From an uncultured Muribaculaceae bacterium (lineage in GTDB: Bacteria; Bacteroidota; Bacteroidia; Bacteroidales; Muribaculaceae), in NCBI GenBank assembly GCA_910578095.1, contig CAJTOZ010000012.1:4269-68268 (forward strand): a DNA stretch of 64,000 nt. Reading direction: 5' to 3'. Each line of letters starts with the position of its first letter. Within the stretch, counting starts at the first letter, position 1. Positions 12,981-22,982 of this stretch are shown here, piece by piece. The notes beneath the pieces are model-generated. The model worked only from the letters and a program-made list of their open reading frames with translations, was not told the DNA's origin and ran no database searches. Made by a program: the position numbers and the translations under genes.

Positions 12981-13246
12981 CAAATATACGAATTAGTCGA
13001 GTGCAAAACCAAATTTATTTGTGTTTTGCCGAGCGTGAGTATATCGGACGACAGTCAAATATACGAATTAGTCGAGTGCAAAACCAAATTTATTTGTGTT
13101 TTGCCGAGCGTGAGTATATCGGACGACAGTCAAATATACGAATTAGTCGAGTGCAAAACCAAATTTATTTGTGTTTTGCCGAGCGTGAGTATATCGGACG
13201 ACAGTCAAATATACGAATTAGTCGGGTGCAAAACCAAATTTATTTG
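12981..13246. repeat. Near-perfect 75-bp tandem repeat, 3 full units plus 41 bp
   Basis: Unit CAAATATACGAATTAGTCGAGTGCAAAACCAAATTTATTTGTGTTTTGCCGAGCGTGAGTATATCGGACGACAGT starting at 12981, 13056, 13131 and 13206. Confidence 0.95.
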
Positions 13247-13249
13247 CGG

Positions 13250-13369
13250 TTATCAGCAAAGGCTCCAAAATTGACATCAAAGGTTATCCCACGCAATGTA
13301 GGGACATCGCTCCGCGATGTATATTATGCCGTTGAGAATCAATCCTTGGATATTTTTGCAGATAATCAT
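13250..13369. repeat. Inverted, internally deleted copy of the dispersed REP element
   Basis: Reverse complement of copy 2; keeps CAATGTAGGGACATCGCTCCGCGATGT but lacks the GGACGTGCC..GGCACGT hairpin. Confidence 0.75.
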
Positions 13370-13522
13370 TTTGGTTTTGCCGGACGCGGGCAGAGGCCCG
13401 GCGCTATAAAAGCGCAAAAGAGCAACCAAACACAAAACAGCGCCTGCGTTTTCTTGCCCCTTTGCTCTTTTTGTGCGCTGCCGCCCCCGCAAGGGAGCGG
13501 CCACGGCACAGCGGACGGCTTA

Positions 13523-14698
13523 TTATTTGCCGAGGTATTCGTTGTTCTTATCGATCAGGCGATTGATGGTGCGCACGCTCTCGGCGGTGGTCAGACCATC
13601 GGCGGGTGTGTTGAGGCAGTAGTCCACGAGCTGATCGACGGTGCTGACAGCCACATGCATGCGCGTGTCGCTGCTGGCGTAGTAGATGAGCACACGGCCA
13701 TCATCGTCAAGAATCCAGCCGTTGGCGAAAAGCACGTTCATCACATCGCCCATATACTCTTCTCCCACAGGGGCCATGAAATAGCCGCCGGGAGCGGCGA
13801 TGCGGCGCCAAGGCTCGTCGAGGGCGGTCATGTACATATAGAGCACGTAGCGGAGGCCGCTGGCGCATGCGCGCACACCGTGGGCCAGATGCAGCCAGCC
13901 CTGCGGGGTCTTGATGGGGTGCGGGCCCTCGCCGTTTTTCACCTCCTTGATGGTATGGTAGAGACGCTCGTCGAGAATCTTTTCCTCACGGGTGATTTCG
14001 GCGTCGGCTATATCATCGATGAGCGTCCAGCCTATGCCGCCGCCGCTACCGGTGTCGATGAAGCCGTCCTGCGGGCGGGTGTACAGAGCATATTTGCCGT
14101 CTACAAACTCGGGATGAAGCACCACATTGCGCTGCTGGCTTCCGCATTTGAGATCGGGAAGACGCTCCCAGCTCACGAGGTCCTTGGTGCGGGCTATACC
14201 ACAGGTGGCAGTGGCAGCTGAGAGGTCGCCGGGGCACGCAGGATCATGACGCTCGGCGCAGAAAAGGCCATACACCCAACCGTCCTCATGCGCCGTCAGA
14301 CGCATGTCGTAGATATTGGTGGCGGGGTCTTCGGTATCGGGCATAGTGATGGGGCGTTCCCAAAAACGGAAATTGTCCACACCGTTGGGGCTCTCGGCCA
14401 CAGCGAAGAAACTCTTACGGTCGGCACCTTCCACACGCACTACAAGCAGATACTTGTCCTGCCACTTGATAGCTCCGCTGTTGAGCGTGGCGTTCACGCC
14501 TATGCGCTCCATGAAATAGGGATTGGTGGCGGGATTGAAGTCATAACGCCATGTGAGAGGCGCCATGTCGGCGGTGATCACAGGATTCTTGTAGCGGGTA
14601 TATACGCCGTTTCCACCTTCCACCGGCTCGTTTTTGCGGGCCAGGAGGGCCTCATGGCGCTCGGTCACTTCTTTCTTACGTTTCTCGAAAATGTCCAT
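13523..14698 (-). CDS. GH130 4-O-beta-D-mannosyl-D-glucose phosphorylase
   Basis: [60 protein letters not shown]. Confidence 0.93.
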   Translation of the reverse strand: MDIFEKRKKEVTERHEALLARKNEPVEGGNGVYTRYKNPVITADMAPLTWRYDFNPATNPYFMERIGVNATLNSGAIKWQDKYLLVVRVEGADRKSFFAVAESPNGVDNFRFWERPITMPDTEDPATNIYDMRLTAHEDGWVYGLFCAERHDPACPGDLSAATATCGIARTKDLVSWERLPDLKCGSQQRNVVLHPEFVDGKYALYTRPQDGFIDTGSGGGIGWTLIDDIADAEITREEKILDERLYHTIKEVKNGEGPHPIKTPQGWLHLAHGVRACASGLRYVLYMYMTALDEPWRRIAAPGGYFMAPVGEEYMGDVMNVLFANGWILDDDGRVLIYYASSDTRMHVAVSTVDQLVDYCLNTPADGLTTAESVRTINRLIDKNNEYLGK

Positions 14699-14754
14699 TG
14701 TTGTGTATATGCGATAATTTTGTTTTTCTCAGTATTTTATTTTTTGGGGAAAGT

Positions 14755-15876
14755 TCAGTCGTTGAATCCGGCCATGAGAATTTTCTCATCGTCCGTGAAT
14801 GCCTTGAAATCGGCTGTTGCGGGATGGCCGGCATAAGGCGCATAGAAATGTCCGGGCTTTACGCTGTCGACAGCATTGCGCCATACGCACACATAAGCCA
14901 CGGGATAGTCGCGGAGCACGGGCATGAGCACTGTTGTGTACCAGTCGGCCATGGGCAGACCCTCGCTGCCGGTCTCGCTGAGAGCTATGATCTTGCCGTT
15001 GGAGGCCGAGAGTGCCTTGGCGGCGTCGAGCTGCATGCGCACTCGCGCGGAGAACTCGTCGGCGGCTTCCGCGCCACCGAAATGATAGGCGTCGGCGCCG
15101 AGGATGTCCACATATTCGTCGCCGGGATAGCGTTCGGTGTATTCTTCCGGAGTAGCGATGCGGTCGGGAGAATATACCCACACTGCATTGTCCACTCCGC
15201 GGGCGTCGAACACTTCGCGGGTGAGATGCCACAGGGCTTTGTATTGCTCGGGAGTGCAGTGGTCATTGCCCCACCAGAACCATGAGCCGGTATGCTCATG
15301 CCACGGGCGCAGCAACACAGGGATGCGGGCGCCGCTATCATCGGTGAGGCTGAGCACGAAGTCGGCCGTGCGGCCTATCCAGGCGCGCAGCGTGTCGTTG
15401 ACAGCCGTGCCGGCCTGCACAGCTTCGGCCATGGGCGATACCGAGGTGTCCCACGAATCGCCGCCACTCACGGGGTTGCGCGGATGCCAGCTGATGCCGT
15501 TGATGCCTCCGCGCGCATGCTGGGAGCGTATCTCTTCGCGCATGAAGTCGAAGGGCACGCCATCAAGATTGGCTGTATCGCCGTATTCTATAAGTCCGAG
15601 ATCCCAGTTCATCATACCGGGATACTCGCCGGCAGTCTCGAGCACATCGCTGCGCCCCTGCTCATACTGCCAGTCATGTCCATAAGCGGTGTCATCGTGA
15701 TGGCCGAACACCACCTGGCCTCGGGCTGCCACACTGTCGAGGCGTGCCAGAAGAGCCGCAGCGGGCGTAGCCGCACTGTCGGCTGAGGTTTCGGTGTTCT
15801 TATGCGCGCCACCGCATCCTGCTGCCATTATGCCGAGAGATGCCGCGCACACGGCACTGATAAAAAGTGTCTTCAT
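14755..15876 (-). CDS. GH26 beta-mannanase/mannobiohydrolase, lipoprotein
   Basis: FGHHDD, ISWHPRNP, RPWHEHTGSWFWWG (acid/base), ALSETG (nucleophile), VWRN; lipobox AAGC. Confidence 0.9.
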   Translation of the reverse strand: MKTLFISAVCAASLGIMAAGCGGAHKNTETSADSAATPAAALLARLDSVAARGQVVFGHHDDTAYGHDWQYEQGRSDVLETAGEYPGMMNWDLGLIEYGDTANLDGVPFDFMREEIRSQHARGGINGISWHPRNPVSGGDSWDTSVSPMAEAVQAGTAVNDTLRAWIGRTADFVLSLTDDSGARIPVLLRPWHEHTGSWFWWGNDHCTPEQYKALWHLTREVFDARGVDNAVWVYSPDRIATPEEYTERYPGDEYVDILGADAYHFGGAEAADEFSARVRMQLDAAKALSASNGKIIALSETGSEGLPMADWYTTVLMPVLRDYPVAYVCVWRNAVDSVKPGHFYAPYAGHPATADFKAFTDDEKILMAGFND

Positions 15877-15969
15877 CGCTTATAGGGTGCCTTTTTTAAT
15901 GATGATTGTTGGTTATATATATAGGACTTGTCTATTGTTCGGTACTGGAAAGAGACTTTGTAATAATAA

Positions 15970-15998
15970 GCACCGGACGCCTCACCGGCGTCCGGTGC
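15970..15998 (-). terminator. Hairpin/terminator between the two GH26 genes
   Basis: GCACCGGACGCC-TCACC-GGCGTCCGGTGC with a T-rich tail on the minus strand. Confidence 0.65.
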
Positions 15999-16052
15999 CG
16001 GAATTGTTGTGTGCTATTACTATATATATAAGTCCTATTGGGTATGATTCAA

Positions 16053-17492
16053 TTACTTGAGGGAGGGCATGTCGCCGCGGTTGATCACATTGGGGTTCTC
16101 AAACACGCTCTTGATCCATTCCGTGGAGTTGCCGAAGCCATCTTCGGAAGGATTGGAGCTGATATCGGTGTACCAGAGCATGAACCACGACCATCCGGCC
16201 TTGTCCACGTTGGCGCCGAGATCGCCCAGGAAGCCACATTCGCTGAGGGCTACCATCTTCTTGCCGGAAGTCATGTTGAGAGCTGCGGCATAGGCTTCGT
16301 TCATACGTGCGGTGTAGTCTTCTTCGGTTTCGCCGTTGTCGAGGTCGCGGTAGAGGTCCACGCCCACGATGTCCACATACTCATCACCGGGATAGGCGGT
16401 GGCCATCTCTGCTTCGTAGCCCTTGTCGTACTGGGCGGTCCACACCCAGATGAGGTTGTTCAGGCCATGGTGGTTCACCAGACGGTCGTGCATGAGCTTC
16501 CAGAGATTGGCAGTGGCTTCAACGCCTGCGCGGCCCCACCAGAACCAGGGATTATTGTATTTGAAGCTGCCGCAAGCCTCGTGAAGCGGGCGCCAGATCA
16601 CGGGCACGCCTGCATCCTGAAGCAGTTTCAGGTAGCCGGCCACCTTGTCGATGTCGGAGATGATGAAGTCGTGCTGCCAGGTGCCTTCCTTGAGAGCCTC
16701 CTCGATGTCGAACTCGGTCTGTGCGGAATAGAACGACCATTTGTTCCAATCCTTGTTGTCGAGCGCATCTTTGTCGGTGGGGGCGTTCCAGTGCCACATA
16801 TAGCTCACCAGACCGTTGTTCTGCCACTGCGTGGTGGCTGCTGCCACATCGCTGTAGTCGATCCAGTTTTCGCCGCTGCGGTTCAGGTGCAGGAAGTCGT
16901 AGCATGTGAGCGCGGGATATTTCGCGGCCACAGAGTTCACCCAGTCGGAGAAAACATTGTTGTTGCTCTCGCCGCCGGATGCGCCGGACAGCACTTTCAC
17001 GCCGCTGTTGGCGAGCAGGAACTCATACACGTTCTTAGCCTCTGCGGTAGCGGAAGCATTGGTGAGCGCGGCATAGTTGGTCTGGATGGCCTCGCTGCTG
17101 AAACTGATGCTCACAGCCGGTGCAAACCAGGCGGTATTGATCACGGCCACAGCACGCTCGGGCACATCAAGCTTGTAGGCGGTGCCGGCCTTGAGGGCCA
17201 CGGGCACTTTCACCTCGCAACGGTTTTCGGGATCGACCGTAGCAGCTACAGCCACATCGTTCAGAGTGATGGCCACAGCAGAGTTCAATGCCACCGGCTT
17301 GGCGTAGGTGAGGACAATCTCACTCAATGTGGTGGACACAACATCGCCATTGGCTACGGAAGCAACCGGTGCGTCGATCTTCTGGCTTTCATCCTGCACG
17401 GGATTGTATTTCTCGTCGTCGTCGCAGGAACTGAACGCAGGCACCATTGCGGCGCAAAGCAACGCTGCGGCTGCAATTTTGAATAGTTTCAT
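16053..17492 (-). CDS. Surface GH26 endo-beta-mannanase with N-terminal Ig-like domain, lipoprotein
   Basis: Lipobox FSSC-DDDE; MWHWNAP, WRPLHEA, WFWWG, YPGDEYVD, ALSECG. Confidence 0.9.
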   Translation of the reverse strand: MKLFKIAAAALLCAAMVPAFSSCDDDEKYNPVQDESQKIDAPVASVANGDVVSTTLSEIVLTYAKPVALNSAVAITLNDVAVAATVDPENRCEVKVPVALKAGTAYKLDVPERAVAVINTAWFAPAVSISFSSEAIQTNYAALTNASATAEAKNVYEFLLANSGVKVLSGASGGESNNNVFSDWVNSVAAKYPALTCYDFLHLNRSGENWIDYSDVAAATTQWQNNGLVSYMWHWNAPTDKDALDNKDWNKWSFYSAQTEFDIEEALKEGTWQHDFIISDIDKVAGYLKLLQDAGVPVIWRPLHEACGSFKYNNPWFWWGRAGVEATANLWKLMHDRLVNHHGLNNLIWVWTAQYDKGYEAEMATAYPGDEYVDIVGVDLYRDLDNGETEEDYTARMNEAYAAALNMTSGKKMVALSECGFLGDLGANVDKAGWSWFMLWYTDISSNPSEDGFGNSTEWIKSVFENPNVINRGDMPSLK

Positions 17493-17559
17493 TGCTTTTG
17501 GTTATAGTTTTGACATACTCCCCGCCCCCGCGGGAGCGGGGAGTGCGTTCTGATTCTTA

Positions 17560-19881
17560 TTATTCAATTGTGAGCTTGGTAAGCACGAGGTTGTTGGCTT
17601 GGATCACCATACCGTTTTCATTGACAAGAGCATCGACGTCGGCTTGAGTGAGCACGAATTCCACGCACTGATTGTCGCCGGTAGGTCCACTGAGCCATCC
17701 TTCGGCATCACCATAAACAAGACCGCTCGGGAGCGTACCCCAGCTTGTGCCGCTGGCAAACTTGATTTTGGGCTCGGGGCCGTTGGAGTTGTAGTAGGCA
17801 CGGAGTGTCTGACCGGCTTTCCATGTCTTGAAGATGGTGTCGATGGCGTCCTGATTCCAGGCAAAGTCCTGCATACCGCCCCAACCGTCAAGGTTCGTCT
17901 CGCCCTGCCAGAAGGCCTCCTCAAGCGAGATTTCCCATTCGATGGTCACATGGCTTACGATACAGCCTTCGCCCTGAATCACCATTGCAGTCTCGCTCCA
18001 GCCATCGGCTGTGGTGAGCACGCGGTTCAGACGCTCGGCGGTGAGTTCGAATTCAAGAGCCGTAGCTTCGCCGGCGTTGCACTGGAGCATGTCCATCGAG
18101 CCCCAGTTGGCGTCGTTCACCTGAATCTGCGTGTAGGCATAGCTGTTGATGTGGAACACGAGCTTTGCTCCTGCGGGAACGCCGTCGAGCACATCCTTGT
18201 AGATGCGGAACGCGCCACCGGCATCTTCACCGGCCCAGCTGCCGAGGTCGCGCGGGCCATCATTGTAGGCCATGCGCTCCTGGTGGGTGGCGGGAATCAC
18301 ATCGTAGGTGTAGCTGATTTCGCCGTTGCTGCTCACGAGAGTCACCGTGGTGTTCTTGCCGCAGCTGCCGGGCAGCGTGATGTAGAGCTGACCGCCGTTG
18401 AGGATGTGGTTCACGGTCTCGCCGTTCACCTTCACCTCGGTGAGTTTGTCCTCGTTGGCCACGGTGGCTATGAACAGGCCGTTGGCGGTGAGGTCGCCCT
18501 CGGGATGCACAGTGATGTAGGCACATTCGGGAGCCTTGATGCTAAGGGCGGGAGCTTCCACGGTCTCGCCGTTGGCCATGTGGAGCGTCACGGCGCCGCT
18601 TTCGGCGGTGGCGGGAGCTTCCATAGTGTATTCGGCAGGAGTGGTCACGCTCACCTCTACAAAGGTGCCGCCGGTGAAGGTGACGCCCACGATGAGGTCG
18701 AGATTCTTACCCTTCATGGTGAACTGCGATGCAGCGGGCACCTCAGCGGGATCGTAGGCCTGAACTTCAGGCTTGGCGGTGGCAATGGCCACTGCCACGG
18801 TCTTGCCGCTCTTGAGATTGAGCACGAGGTCGCCGCTCTGGGCCATAGCGGGGAATGCCACGGTCAGCTCGGTGGCGGAGAGAGTGGCGGGAACGATAGC
18901 TTCCTCAACATTGGGGAACACTACGGACACCACCTGATCCATGTTGAGACCGGTGATTTTGATGATGTCGTCGGCACGCAGGCCTTCGGCGGGTGTTGCC
19001 ACAAGCTCGGTGGGCTCTACTACGCCGATGTTGGCGCAGGCCACACGCACACCGCTCGCGGGTATCATTACTATGGTACCGTCGGTCACGTCGTCGGGCA
19101 GAGTGAACACGATATCGCCGTCCACGAGCTCGAATTCCACCTCACGGTCGTCGGGCAGCACCACGCTGCGCACGAGGTCGAGATCCTCACCCTTGATGGT
19201 GATAACGTCGCCACCCTTGGCGCCTGTGAGGTCGAGGGGTGTGGTGGAGGGAAGAACGATTTCCACTTCCACCTCGCTCTCGATCATGTTGGGCATCTCC
19301 TTGGCATCGCTCAGGAAGATAGTGCCGCTCACGGCCTCCTCGGGAACGATAACCTTGATTTCGGCACGCTCGTGGGCAAGGAATGCGTCCTTGAACACGT
19401 TCACGCTGTCCTCCAGGAACGCGAAGCACACCTCGTTGATGAGGTTGAGATAGTCGCCCTTGATGGTGAGTTCCTCGCCGGGCTTCACGCGCAGAGGCGT
19501 GATCTCGTCGATGGAGATGGGCTCAAGATAGGTCAGGAGACTTTTGGTCTCGATGGTGCCGCCGGCATGGTGCAGTGTCACAGTGCCGGGCTGGGCAGTC
19601 TGCGGCACCACTACGCGGATTTCCTCAGCGCTCACCACCTTGATGTCGGTGATGTCATCGCAGCCGGGGATGCTGATCTTGGTGACCTTGTCCATGCCGC
19701 TGCCGAGGAAGCGGAGTTCGCCGCCACGGGCCACGGGCGAGGGACCGAACGCGTTGAGCGATACGCCGCCCTTGTACTGCTCGGTGTTGTATTTATCGTC
19801 GTCGTCGCACGATGTCACTGCCGGTGTCACCAGCAGCATGCACAGGGCGAGAAGACCGCTTATGCTGAAAAACTTTTTCAT
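17560..19881 (-). CDS. Surface glycan-binding lipoprotein with IPT/TIG-like repeats
   Basis: Lipobox VTSC-DDDD; repeated ITIKGxxLDLVxxV Ig-like units; Trp-rich C-terminal CBM-like domains; downstream of SusD; start at MKKFF. Confidence 0.75.
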   Translation of the reverse strand: MKKFFSISGLLALCMLLVTPAVTSCDDDDKYNTEQYKGGVSLNAFGPSPVARGGELRFLGSGMDKVTKISIPGCDDITDIKVVSAEEIRVVVPQTAQPGTVTLHHAGGTIETKSLLTYLEPISIDEITPLRVKPGEELTIKGDYLNLINEVCFAFLEDSVNVFKDAFLAHERAEIKVIVPEEAVSGTIFLSDAKEMPNMIESEVEVEIVLPSTTPLDLTGAKGGDVITIKGEDLDLVRSVVLPDDREVEFELVDGDIVFTLPDDVTDGTIVMIPASGVRVACANIGVVEPTELVATPAEGLRADDIIKITGLNMDQVVSVVFPNVEEAIVPATLSATELTVAFPAMAQSGDLVLNLKSGKTVAVAIATAKPEVQAYDPAEVPAASQFTMKGKNLDLIVGVTFTGGTFVEVSVTTPAEYTMEAPATAESGAVTLHMANGETVEAPALSIKAPECAYITVHPEGDLTANGLFIATVANEDKLTEVKVNGETVNHILNGGQLYITLPGSCGKNTTVTLVSSNGEISYTYDVIPATHQERMAYNDGPRDLGSWAGEDAGGAFRIYKDVLDGVPAGAKLVFHINSYAYTQIQVNDANWGSMDMLQCNAGEATALEFELTAERLNRVLTTADGWSETAMVIQGEGCIVSHVTIEWEISLEEAFWQGETNLDGWGGMQDFAWNQDAIDTIFKTWKAGQTLRAYYNSNGPEPKIKFASGTSWGTLPSGLVYGDAEGWLSGPTGDNQCVEFVLTQADVDALVNENGMVIQANNLVLTKLTIE

Positions 19882-19911
19882 GATTTGATTGGTATCGTTG
19901 CGATTAGACAA

Positions 19912-21252
19912 TTAGTTGGGCACCACGCGGATGTTGTCGATGTAGAGCAGCGGCGAGCATTCAACGCCCGTCACACCGCCGGCCCAGATGTACATGTCGA
20001 GGCTTGCGAAATCCGTGACATCGGTGAGCATGCGGCTTGCGCCGGTGCCGTCCCAGTCGTAGATGAAGTCCTTGATAGGCATCGTAACAGTGATCCATTT
20101 GCCGCCGGTGTGGTAGGCTTCGGATGCAGTCCACGGAGTCCAGAGGTAACGTGCCAGGCCGGCGCCGCCTTCATCCTTGCTCTTAAAGAAGTTGTTGTTA
20201 CAGCCAGCCACGGTGTTGCCGTAGATGTCGGTGCCGGCATTGCCGAAGCTTACGAGATCTATGGGTGCGAAGAACACCTGCATTGCTCCTGCCTGCCATG
20301 CATTGGAAGCGGGGATGTAGAGCTCAAACTTGAGAGCCTTGGTGTTGAAATCAGTGAAGTCAGCCACTTCATAGAGGCGGTCACCCACTCGGGCGGGGTA
20401 GTCAGTGGGGGTGTTCCACGAACCGGCCCAATACTCGAATGAGTAGTTGGCATCGTCCCAGTCGGCAGCAGCGGAGAGGGTCTTGTCGGGAGCGCCGATC
20501 ACCATGTAGTTGCCGCTGATGCTCATCTCATCTTCACGCACGGGACGTGCATGCCAGCTCTGCGCAGTGCCGAGGCCGGTGAGGCCGTCGAAATCGAAGA
20601 GCATACCGTTGGTGTCCATGTAGTTGAAGCCCGACTGGCCTTCGCCGTAGATGGAGGTCACCACCACGGGGCCCTCTGTTGCGCCCTCGGGCACAACTAC
20701 CTCGAGCTCATCCTGGGCGATGCTGCGGATTTCAGCAGGCACACCGCCTATGGAGACGGTCAGAGGCACGTTGGGATCGTCGGCGAAATAAGCACCGTTG
20801 ATCTTGACCACCTCGCCTGCATGGGCGTATTCGCAATCCATCTTCTCCACGCGGGGTGCGGGCACCGTCACGTCGAAAGGATATTCCACCTCGATGCCGG
20901 TGCTGGTGATGAAGCGGGCGCGGCCTGTCACCTCGCCGGGGATGCTGTTGGGGATATTGACAATGATTGTGTGGCTCGTCACGAGATTGGGGCTGAGAAG
21001 CGCCTTCATATCGTTGAACCATACCTGCTGCACATCGCCGAGGTTGTCGCCAACGAAGGCCACCTGCTGGCCGAGCGAAGCGCTCGTGATGAGCGAATCG
21101 GCCACATTGATGTCGCACGGGCGGGCGTATTTGATCACCGGAGTGGCGCCCTGGTCCTTCTTGGCATCGGTGTCGTCGTCGGAGCAAGCGGTGCTTGCGG
21201 CAGCGAGGGCGCAGACGGCCGTGAGGAGTGTATATTTGAATATGTGTTTCAT
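19912..21252 (-). CDS. Surface glycan-binding protein B (SGBP-B-like) lipoprotein
   Basis: Lipobox TAC-SDDD; IPT domains; C-terminus ...YIDNIRVVP; directly after SusD. Confidence 0.8.
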   Translation of the reverse strand: MKHIFKYTLLTAVCALAAASTACSDDDTDAKKDQGATPVIKYARPCDINVADSLITSASLGQQVAFVGDNLGDVQQVWFNDMKALLSPNLVTSHTIIVNIPNSIPGEVTGRARFITSTGIEVEYPFDVTVPAPRVEKMDCEYAHAGEVVKINGAYFADDPNVPLTVSIGGVPAEIRSIAQDELEVVVPEGATEGPVVVTSIYGEGQSGFNYMDTNGMLFDFDGLTGLGTAQSWHARPVREDEMSISGNYMVIGAPDKTLSAAADWDDANYSFEYWAGSWNTPTDYPARVGDRLYEVADFTDFNTKALKFELYIPASNAWQAGAMQVFFAPIDLVSFGNAGTDIYGNTVAGCNNNFFKSKDEGGAGLARYLWTPWTASEAYHTGGKWITVTMPIKDFIYDWDGTGASRMLTDVTDFASLDMYIWAGGVTGVECSPLLYIDNIRVVPN

Positions 21253-21276
21253 TTATATCTGTGTTAATCGTTGAGC

Positions 21277-22962
21277 TTATTCGCCATAGTAATCAACAGG
21301 AGCTCCGCTCAGAGAGGGAGAGCTGGACGATGCGGCAGCGGGGATGGGACAGATGAACGACGAGGCGGTGAGATTGATATGGTCGTACAGGGCATAGTCC
21401 GCGGTAGAATCCACAATTTTGTAGGAGTCGTCCTTGTTTTCGTTGGTGGGATCGATCACCACAGCGTTCATGTACTGAGCGCAGCGGTTCCAGCCGGTAG
21501 TGTGGCCGTTGTTCACCCAGTCCAGAGCGGCCTGGTCGCCGCTGCGGTAGCGCAGGCGCTGTGTGTCGAACCATGTCTGGCTCTCGAACGCGAGCTCGCG
21601 ACGGCGCTCCTTGAGCAACTCGATGTAGCTTACGGAGTTGAGTTCCGTCACTTTGGCACGCTGGCGCACCATGTTGAAATACTTCATGGCGGTAGCGTCG
21701 CTGGTGGCGTCGTTGGTGCCCATCACTGCCTCAACATAGGTGAGATAGACATCGGCCAGACGCATCAGGTAGATGTTGTTGGCAGCGTCCTGGATGGTAC
21801 CGCTCTTACCGCCGGTGTCGGCGTTCTTACCCACAATGTATTTCTTGATGTGGGCGTTCATCTCGTTGCGGTCCTCGATGGGAGTGTCCTGGCCGTCGAT
21901 GCGGTTCACGATCTTGTAGGTGTAGCCACCGTCGGCCTTGCAGAGATTGGGATAATAGTCGCCGTTGCGCATGAACACCCACTGACGGCGGGCATCGTTG
22001 CGGTCGTACATCTGCTGGAGCGAGATGGTGGGACCTTTGCCGCCGCCCCACTGCTCGTCGGCAAGGAGGTCGGAGCGGCTCCAGGCGGTGGTGCGGCCGT
22101 TGCCGAAGCTGTAGCCGAGGGATGCGCACTGGATGGCGAGGATGCTCTCAGGGCTGTTGTTGGTATCCACATCGAAGAGTGTGGCATAGTCCATGGAGGT
22201 CAGAGCCTCGGTGTTCTCGATGCAGAAGAGGGCATCGGATGCAGCCTTGGAGTAAAGAGCGGCGCGGTCGTAGCCATAGTCGCTGTGCGAGGCCATGGTC
22301 ACAGCCAGTTTGGCGCGCAGAGCGCGTGCCTTGCGCACGTCGAGACGCCAGTTGTCGCTGTTGGTGGGCTGGAGGTTTTCGACTGCGAAGTCGAGGTCCT
22401 CCATCGCAAAGCGGTAGATGCTGGCCTGCGTGTTGCGGGGCAGATTGAAGTTGCCGCTGGAGATGGTCTCCGAGTTATTTTCCACGATGGGTGCGTCGTG
22501 CCAGATCTCTGCGATCAGGTAGTAGCAGTAGCCACGGATAGCACGAGCCTCGGCCAGAGCCTGGGTCTTGTCGGCGTCGGTGATGGTGCCGCCGCAGATG
22601 GGCACGATGTCGTGGATGATGGAGTTGGAGAACAGGATCACGTTGTACAGACCCTTCCAACCTTCGTTGATGTACTGGTTGATGGGAGTATAGTTTCCGA
22701 AGAACCACTGACCTTCCTGGTCGTAGGTATAGAATATGTCGCCGTTGATCATGTCGAGCTTCCACTGGAAATTCATGTGGAAATTGCTCCAAGTCTTTGC
22801 TCCGTAGAGCGTCGAGGTGGAAGAGCGCAACGCTTCGGGCGTCACATAATAGGTCTCCATCACAGGCTTGTCCACGGGGTCGACGGTCAGGAAGTCGTTG
22901 CAGCTTGCAAGCGATCCTGCCATGGCGAGAGCCAGCACGGAGGTCTTGAATATATGTTTCAT
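21277..22962 (-). CDS. susD: SusD/RagB glycan-binding lipoprotein (mannan PUL)
   Basis: Lipobox LASC; AEARAIRGYCYY, MRLADVYLTYVEA, ERRRELAFE. Confidence 0.93.
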   Translation of the reverse strand: MKHIFKTSVLALAMAGSLASCNDFLTVDPVDKPVMETYYVTPEALRSSTSTLYGAKTWSNFHMNFQWKLDMINGDIFYTYDQEGQWFFGNYTPINQYINEGWKGLYNVILFSNSIIHDIVPICGGTITDADKTQALAEARAIRGYCYYLIAEIWHDAPIVENNSETISSGNFNLPRNTQASIYRFAMEDLDFAVENLQPTNSDNWRLDVRKARALRAKLAVTMASHSDYGYDRAALYSKAASDALFCIENTEALTSMDYATLFDVDTNNSPESILAIQCASLGYSFGNGRTTAWSRSDLLADEQWGGGKGPTISLQQMYDRNDARRQWVFMRNGDYYPNLCKADGGYTYKIVNRIDGQDTPIEDRNEMNAHIKKYIVGKNADTGGKSGTIQDAANNIYLMRLADVYLTYVEAVMGTNDATSDATAMKYFNMVRQRAKVTELNSVSYIELLKERRRELAFESQTWFDTQRLRYRSGDQAALDWVNNGHTTGWNRCAQYMNAVVIDPTNENKDDSYKIVDSTADYALYDHINLTASSFICPIPAAASSSSPSLSGAPVDYYGE

Positions 22963-22982
22963 TTAATGATGTGCTTTAGGAA

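Noticed and set aside
12981..13246. Possible CRISPR array
   Set aside because: The units are identical end to end with no unique spacers, and there are no cas genes in the window. The ORFs 12963-13274 and 13001-14221 just read through the repeat.
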